Shown here: positions 57,222 through 64,000 of the stretch, in pieces
Numbering within the stretch: the first letter of the stretch is position 1
Layout of the letters: every line of letters begins with the position of its first letter
Assembly: GCA_951406725.2 (NCBI GenBank)
Contig: OX597825.1
Span: forward strand, 39,866,001 to 39,930,000
From: Octopus vulgaris
Taxonomy: Eukaryota
Length of the DNA stretch: 64,000 nt
Direction of reading: 5' to 3'
Made by a program: the position numbers and the translations under genes
Notes under the pieces: generated by a model
The model's database searches: none
Seen by the model: the letters and a program-made list of their open reading frames with translations, nothing else
What the model was told of the DNA's origin: nothing

Positions 57222-57530
57222 ATCATCATCATCACCGTTTAACGTCCGTTTTCCGTGCTAGCCCGTGTTGGACAGTTTGACCGGGGTCTCGGAAGCCAGG
57301 AGGCTGCACCAGGCTCCAGTCTGATCTGGTAGTGTTTCTACAGGTGGATGCCCTTCCTAACGCCAACCACTCTGTGAGCGTAGTGGGTGTTTTTTTCGTG
57401 CCGCCGGCACAGGTGCCAGGGGGGCTGGCAACGGCCACGATCGGTTGGTGATTTTTACGTGCCACCAGCATAGATGCCAGTCAAGGCGGCGCTGCAATCA
57501 GCGTTCGGATGGTGCTTTTTACGTGCTGAA
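57222..57530 (-). mobile_element. SINE / RTE-type 3' tail ending in (GAT)n
   Basis: Plus strand CATCATCATCACCGTTTAACGTCCGTTTTCC...GGATGCCCTTCCTAACGCCAACCAC, typical of RTE-partner SINE tails. Confidence 0.6.
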
Positions 57531-57611
57531 AGGAAGCAACAGAAAGTAACAACCACACACTTACCCGCGCGTAGAGCGGGTCACCTTCATAGTATATATA
57601 TATATATATAC

Positions 57612-57712
<101 letters not shown>

Positions 57713-57779
57713 TAATATAACAATAATTCTTGGATGGAATTTATAAGCATTTTATGCATCGCTACGCGCGAATCCTGAT

Positions 57780-59735
57780 ATCACATTTCTCTTAAGATCA
57801 CGATCTGTATTCCTGGAATGATTACAGTGCCGTCTGTAGTATCCGTGGACGTTTTAATTGACTAATGTCTTCATGGGATATATCATTAGCGGATGTAAAA
57901 CAGAGGAATATCCATCCATTTCTATTCTAGCATGAAGGTTAAGCTAGTTATCTGGGTATTTCGGTGAGTGCTTATCGAATGCTGCGAAAAATCTTTGACC
58001 TATTTTGGATTTCAGTTGTGAATTGCAGATTGGGTTAAGCCAAATAATTTCATAAGTTATTTTTCATCTCTTTTAATATATCGCTTTCGTTTCATAGTGC
58101 ATTCTCCTGCTTTGTTATCATTATTACTATCATCGTAGTTTCGTGGATTCTGTTTTATATCTATCTCTTTTAGTGTCACGTTTTTTTCTTTCTCTTTTGG
58201 TCTCTGTCATAATTTCTATTTTTCTAGGTTCTGGTGCGCTGCGGTTAGGCATATGATTTAATCTCCTATTAATAATGTCCCCTGGGCATCGTGCATTTTC
58301 TGTCTTATTTTCTCTATATATTATACTCTGAGTGCTGAGTTGAAATACTCGGCATGCATATCGAATATCCGTTCAGTTGTGGATATTCTATTACCCACGC
58401 TTCTTCGCATGCTTCACATATGTTACGTATGGTTGGATCCTCGGCTCAAAAATTTAAAGTTTTCATTTAGCTTATAGAACGTTTCGGTAAGGTTAAACTT
58501 TATGTCAAAGAATTTTACCATTTAGTGTTTTTTCTATTCCAGTTTCCGATCAAAATATATTAAGGAATTTGAAAAGGTTTTTCTGGCAAATTTCTATTTC
58601 TACGTTGCTACTTTTCTGTATAGTGAACAAATGTCGTATGTTTATAATCCCCACGCTAAGCTCAGCGATAATAAGATTTGCGATAATAAGTTTATGCCTG
58701 ACTTGCGCAGAGATGCTAGACCCCATTGTTATGTCGAATGAGTCAACTTTGTCTGATGGCGCTCAGAGTTTTCCTCCGTATTCTATTAAAGTTTTCCTAG
58801 TGCTAAATACATACATATTTCTTCCCTAGTGGGGTCGGAGTTGCGCTTAATGAATATTATTGCCTTGTTCGGGAGAACTAGGTTTATGGACTGGTTGTAG
58901 TTAAACGTGTAAATCCAGTAGATGGGTCTTTATAAAATAGAAGTAGACCAATGCTGACTGAGAGTGGTCTAGAATAAACTAAAATGAGACAAGCAAACAA
59001 TGAGCATGCAATGGTAAAGTATGTTACAAATACAGACAAATTTATTCATTATTATGGTCGAGGGTCTAGGTATGATAAAGGGGGTTTGTATGGTAGGGGA
59101 ATGGATACTTGTGCCCTCTGTAGACAAAATTTATTTTAAGAGTTAAGGTAACTTGTATTATATGGTTATAAGAATGTGTTAAGGTTATACTGAGGGGTAG
59201 TAAAATGATGCAATATAATATAATATCATTTAGTTGCTATACATGGGAGAAACGTCTTAAAACTCAGATAGATCATTGTAAGGGTATATTGTTGGGTTAC
59301 CTAAAAGGAACCTTGATAAGTAAATCTATTAACCAAACTTAATTAGAAGTAGATTTTGGCAACATTTAGAATCGAATTATACTATTTCCCTGGTGAAGAA
59401 TTATGGGTACAGTTAAAGGAGAAAAGGCCTATTAGATGCCTACAATTTTTTCATACATAGAGAAAGCAAATTTATCCTTGTGCAGGCAGGTATATTTCGC
59501 TCTTCCCTGGCGTTGAGTAGTAGTAATCTAGACTTTAAATGGAAAAAATGTCATCGATGCACAAGTGGCGTTTCTTTTTTGTTACATAATAACGAATGAA
59601 TTCGTCTCTAATTTGCAACATACTTTACATCGCATACTCATTGTTTGCTTGTTTCACTTTAGTTTATTCTAGAGCACTCTAAGTCAGCATAGGTCTACTT
59701 CTAATTAATGAAGACCCCCAATGGACTTACACATT
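57780..59735 (-). mobile_element. Penelope-like element complex with inverted repeat
   Basis: RT on minus: LIEYGGKL..SFDITMGSSISAQV..WGL..LFTIQK..GSNH (58900 to 58400); EN C-terminus HLCIDD..LLNARE..TCLHKDKF (59570 to 59460); 58905-59060 inverted at 59583-59735. Confidence 0.7.
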
Positions 59736-60810
59736 TCACTCCCCGCCTCCTCATAATTAAATATTTATTTATTCAACACTTTAATAACTTAACACCCCAC
59801 AGCCCCTTTTAGGTATGTATTTGCTTGATGTTTGTTCTGCGGGTAGCTTTTATCTCCGTGCTATTAATATTGTTATTATTGTTATTATGTGTATTAATAC
59901 TTGCATTGGGAGATTTATTTGTTTAAACTGGCATATGCATGTAGCTATGTATGTATTAATATAGCAATACAATATATATTATAATTGTTATTTCCATATA
60001 TTTCCTACGGTATAAATCCGTTTCATTGTTTTTAGTAATTTCATACTCCTATTAATAAACTGTTCAACCATTTCCAAACCTAATTGTCTTAGTTCCTAAA
60101 TGTATGAAGTGCTTCCTCCTCTTGTTATATGTATTCCATAATATTATTTTTTAATCTAACATTTACTGTTTTAAGCTTCTTGGGGACTCTTACAACAAAC
60201 ACCACCTGCCTATTCATTTATTTATCTTACCCTGTATAACGGTCTTAATAGCTGGTGATTTGTTCTTAAATTTCAACTGACCAGTTACTTCGAACGTTGG
60301 ACCTTCGCCTATCACAATTTGGACAACACGTCGAAAGGCTTAACCACCTACTAGTAAATAACTGAAAATACATTTAACCTGTTAACAATTTATTATGAGT
60401 AATACTATTAATTAATATTACAAACACAACTTTTGTAAATTATTATGACTAATATAAAACCTTACTGTATCTACATCTCTCATCCGACTGAAAACATCTT
60501 GCCGCGTTATAATTTCTTGTATTTTTATATTTTATTATGTATCTATCCAATCTAACCTGAACATCGTATCAATCCACCAATTGCTACTTTGGTTTAGTCT
60601 TCACTCTGGTGATACTCCTTTTTTCAGATCGGCTTTATTACCAAATATGATAAATATTTTAGGTAACGTTTGCATATCAATGGCAATACTATACAACATT
60701 GGAAGCAGAACCAGCTGTCAGATGGGACGCAGTTTATTTGCATTGAGTTAATAAATAATAATTGGTGTAAGTCAGTTGTTGTTCATCAGTACATCTCCAT
60801 TTTCAGTTTT

Positions 60811-60891
<81 letters not shown>

Positions 60892-61011
60892 TTATATACA
60901 TATGTAGGACAAGGTCGTCTTTGCTTTCATCCTTTCTTTAAGTACCATATGTATGTATCTATCTCTTTGCATATACATATATAAAGAAATACACACACAC
61001 ACACACACATA

Positions 61012-61068
<57 letters not shown>

Positions 61069-62037
61069 CATGAAGTTTACACTTAATACTCATGCTAAAC
61101 TGCCCCTCCATTATATCTTCCAGACCCTGCAAAACCTTTCTTCAGTCATATGTATTTTGTCAAATGAATTCTCGATTCGGAATTGTTTACCGAATCGTTA
61201 CATCTTCATTCCCTTGCAAGTTTAAGTAACGATTCATAGAGAATTGATTACATTGTTTAATGACAGACTACCTCTATTGTATTTAATTGTAAATATCAGA
61301 AATGTTTATTTACAAACAAAAGAACCTCACTAACAAACAAAATTACCTAGGATGCCAATTAACTTTGGGTAGTACTAGATTACATGTTACTAATAGCTCT
61401 AAGACTTGGGATATTATGATTATTATAACTACCATTACCGTTCCTACCTCCAAAATTATGATTACCACTAAGGTTAATATTCTTGTTATCAACCCAATTA
61501 ACATATATATTACTATCATGTTATAATGAGTATCATCACTACCATTATCTTTAACAAACTACAAGGAGAGGTGGTATGATGGATCTGGGATATCGGGTCT
61601 TCAAAATTTCCTATAACTTTATTCGTCGTACAAAGATGTTAGGTACAGGTTGTGGTTTGCACAGCAAGCGAACAAGTATCTAACATTGAATAGAACGATA
61701 CGAAAATAATCGAAAATGAAAAAAGATGTGTTAAAAACACAAGACTAAAATGAAACTTTCTTACTAACGATGATAAGAGAAAAGAAAACAAAATGGTTTC
61801 ATTTGCATCTACCTGCATATTGAAACACAACTTCGAAATGACAAAGTTTAACAAAAAGAAATTAAAATCACAAAACCACAGTTAAAGAGATCGTCAAAAG
61901 TAAAAACTATCTCGAACACTGTGTGTATGTGCGCGTGTGACTACTCTGAAAATACTGATAAACATTTAGAAACACAACACGAACGCCACCTTCGTTTCAG
62001 TCACCACTCACTCTCTTTCTCTCTCACTCCCTTTCAA

Positions 62038-62069
<32 letters not shown>

Positions 62070-62714
62070 AGCTTCGTCACTCACTTCAACTGTATCTCCT
62101 CTGCTTAACACCTTTTTATATATCTTTCTCTTTCTACCTCACCCTTGAGTAACAGTAACATCCACATATAGTTGCTGAGAGAGAGAGAGAGAGAGAGAGA
62201 GGGGGTATGTATGTGAGAGAGACAGACAGACAGACTGAATAACTGTGAAACAGATAGATAGGCAACATTTCTTTTTGAATTTTCATATTTTCAGGAGCTT
62301 TATCATATCTCGTCCAAAGCGAAAATTTTCCACCGTTTTCTCTATGACGATATGAAATCCTTTTCATTCTTTCACTAATATTTTCTATTCACTCCCTCCC
62401 TTCTAACCATCTTTCTCTAAATCTCTCTTTCCTCCCTGTCTCTCTCTGTCTCTCTCTTTTCCCCTCTCCCCTCTCCCTCATCTGTTTCCTTGCTTCTCAC
62501 ACGTCCCCTGCTTTTAACGCGTTTCTACTATCTCTCAGTCCTATCAATCTTCTCTCTCACACACACACTTTCTCTCTCACTCCCTTCTCTTTGCTGCTTT
62601 ACCTCTAGCTTCAACTATACTTCCTCTGCTTAAAAAAGTTTTATTTCTCTCTTTTTACATCTTCCTTTCGCCTAACTGTGACACACACCACAGGTACTTT
62701 CATACGTAGATAAT

Positions 62715-62920
62715 ATTTTCTACTTTAGCCACAAGGCCCAAAATTTTGTGGGCGGGAGCCAGTTGATCAGTTCGACTCCAGTACGCAAGTGGTACTTAAC
62801 TTATCGACCCCGAATGGGATTTGAACTCTGCGGAATTTGAACTCACAGCATAAACATAATCGAAATACTGCTGGGCATTTCGACCGACGTTCTAGCATTT
62901 CTGCTAGCTCGCCACCTTCA
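62715..62920 (-). mobile_element. SINE
   Basis: Same family as 48735-48952 and 63262-63432. Confidence 0.6.
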
Positions 62921-62991
62921 TAATTAAGTACAAGTTACGCACTGGTGTCAATGTAATCGACTAGCTCCTTGTGCCAATTGTACAAATATCT

Positions 62992-63021
62992 TCATCATCA
63001 TCATCATCATCATCATCATCG

Positions 63022-63097
<76 letters not shown>

Positions 63098-63135
63098 TAT
63101 TATTATTTTTATCTTTATTATTATTCTTATTCTTC

Positions 63136-63223
<88 letters not shown>

Positions 63224-63255
63224 CATCATTATCATCATCATCATCATCATCATCA
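62992..63255. repeat. Compound (CAT)n-(TAT)n-(CAT)n microsatellite
   Basis: Directly visible; produces the poly-H/Y/S/L/M/I pseudo-ORFs. Confidence 0.95.
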
Positions 63256-63261
63256 CTGCGT

Positions 63262-63432
63262 AAGGCAGCGAGCTAGCAGAATCGTTACCTCGCCAAGTGA
63301 AATGCTTAGCGACATTTCATCCGTATCTTCATCCTGTGTTCATATTCTGCTGTAGTCGACTTTGCCTATTATCCTTTCCACATCGATAAAATAAGTACCA
63401 GTTGGACACTGGCCTCGGTGCAATCGATTACA
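63262..63432 (+). mobile_element. SINE
   Basis: AAGGCAGCGAGCTAGCAGAATCGTTA...GTCGACTTTGCCT...CGATAAAATAAGTACCAGTTG. Confidence 0.6.
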
Positions 63433-64000
63433 CATTTTCCGAATTATTAATATTATTATTATGAGACAGCAGCTCATAAAAATGACTCTGAGGTAGAAAG
63501 GCACGAAGGCCAATATGCCCAATGTAACTCCCCTTCTTATTAGGTTACACTAGGTACATGTATTACAACTATATCTGCATGATGAGTCATATCAAGATGA
63601 ATAGAACATGGCCTAATGGTTGGGACCCAGTTTGAATTTACCTCATGTTCTGTAGCACATCTGCTTAAAAGTTCCTTGAATCTGTGTTGTTAAACGATGA
63701 TGAACGAAACACACATATTTCTAGGGAGGAATTATTCAAACCAATAAATGCTCCCAAACCTTGCTTTGGTACCCAATCTCACTACACCTGCACGTGATGA
63801 GTGATGCACATATTAGCAGGCAGTAGGGGACATGCTCAAATGGTTCAGGTCAAGCAATTCTATGTTAAGCAGAATATTTGGAGTAGCACATATTTTCCAC
63901 GAAGGCAATGCATGCTCGCAATAACACTTCAGTCAGTAAGGATCAGAAACATGAAAACCAATGTCTTGTATTGCATAAGAATGTTGTTATTATTATTATT

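Noticed and set aside
59185-59260. CTGAGGG ... GAAACGTC hammerhead candidate
   Set aside because: Core mutated and stem II not adjacent to GAAA
60715-60800. Minus-strand CTGATGA ... TAAACTGCGTC candidate
   Set aside because: G12 missing and no stem II
62948-63355. Poly-His/Tyr/Ser/Leu/Met/Ile ORFs
   Set aside because: Compound trinucleotide microsatellite lying between SINE copies

Overview
AT-rich, microsatellite-dense eukaryotic DNA with no convincing intact host gene. The repeat vocabulary ((TA)n/(GATA)n/(CA)n tracts and several tRNA-derived SINE types) resembles an octopus/coleoid cephalopod genome; this is inference from recalled repeats, not a database result. The window is mostly decayed mobile elements: at least six Penelope-like (PLE; RT and/or GIY-YIG) fragments, a ~5.5 kb Tx1/L1-type LINE interrupted by a non-autonomous Helitron, an RTE LINE with a 5' inversion, CR1-like and R4/Dong-like LINE pieces, mariner and DD37D-type DNA transposon relics, and many SINEs. 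The most notable signal is a dense set of type I hammerhead ribozyme (HHR) motifs, about a dozen intact-to-decayed copies from several sequence-unrelated short non-coding elements. They are usually bounded by (TA)n tracts and often form inverted or fold-back arrangements. They include a ~350-nt retrozyme-like tandem unit with two identical HHRs and a tRNA-headed SINE carrying an HHR tail. All folds and alignments were done by eye, so coordinates of decayed elements are approximate.
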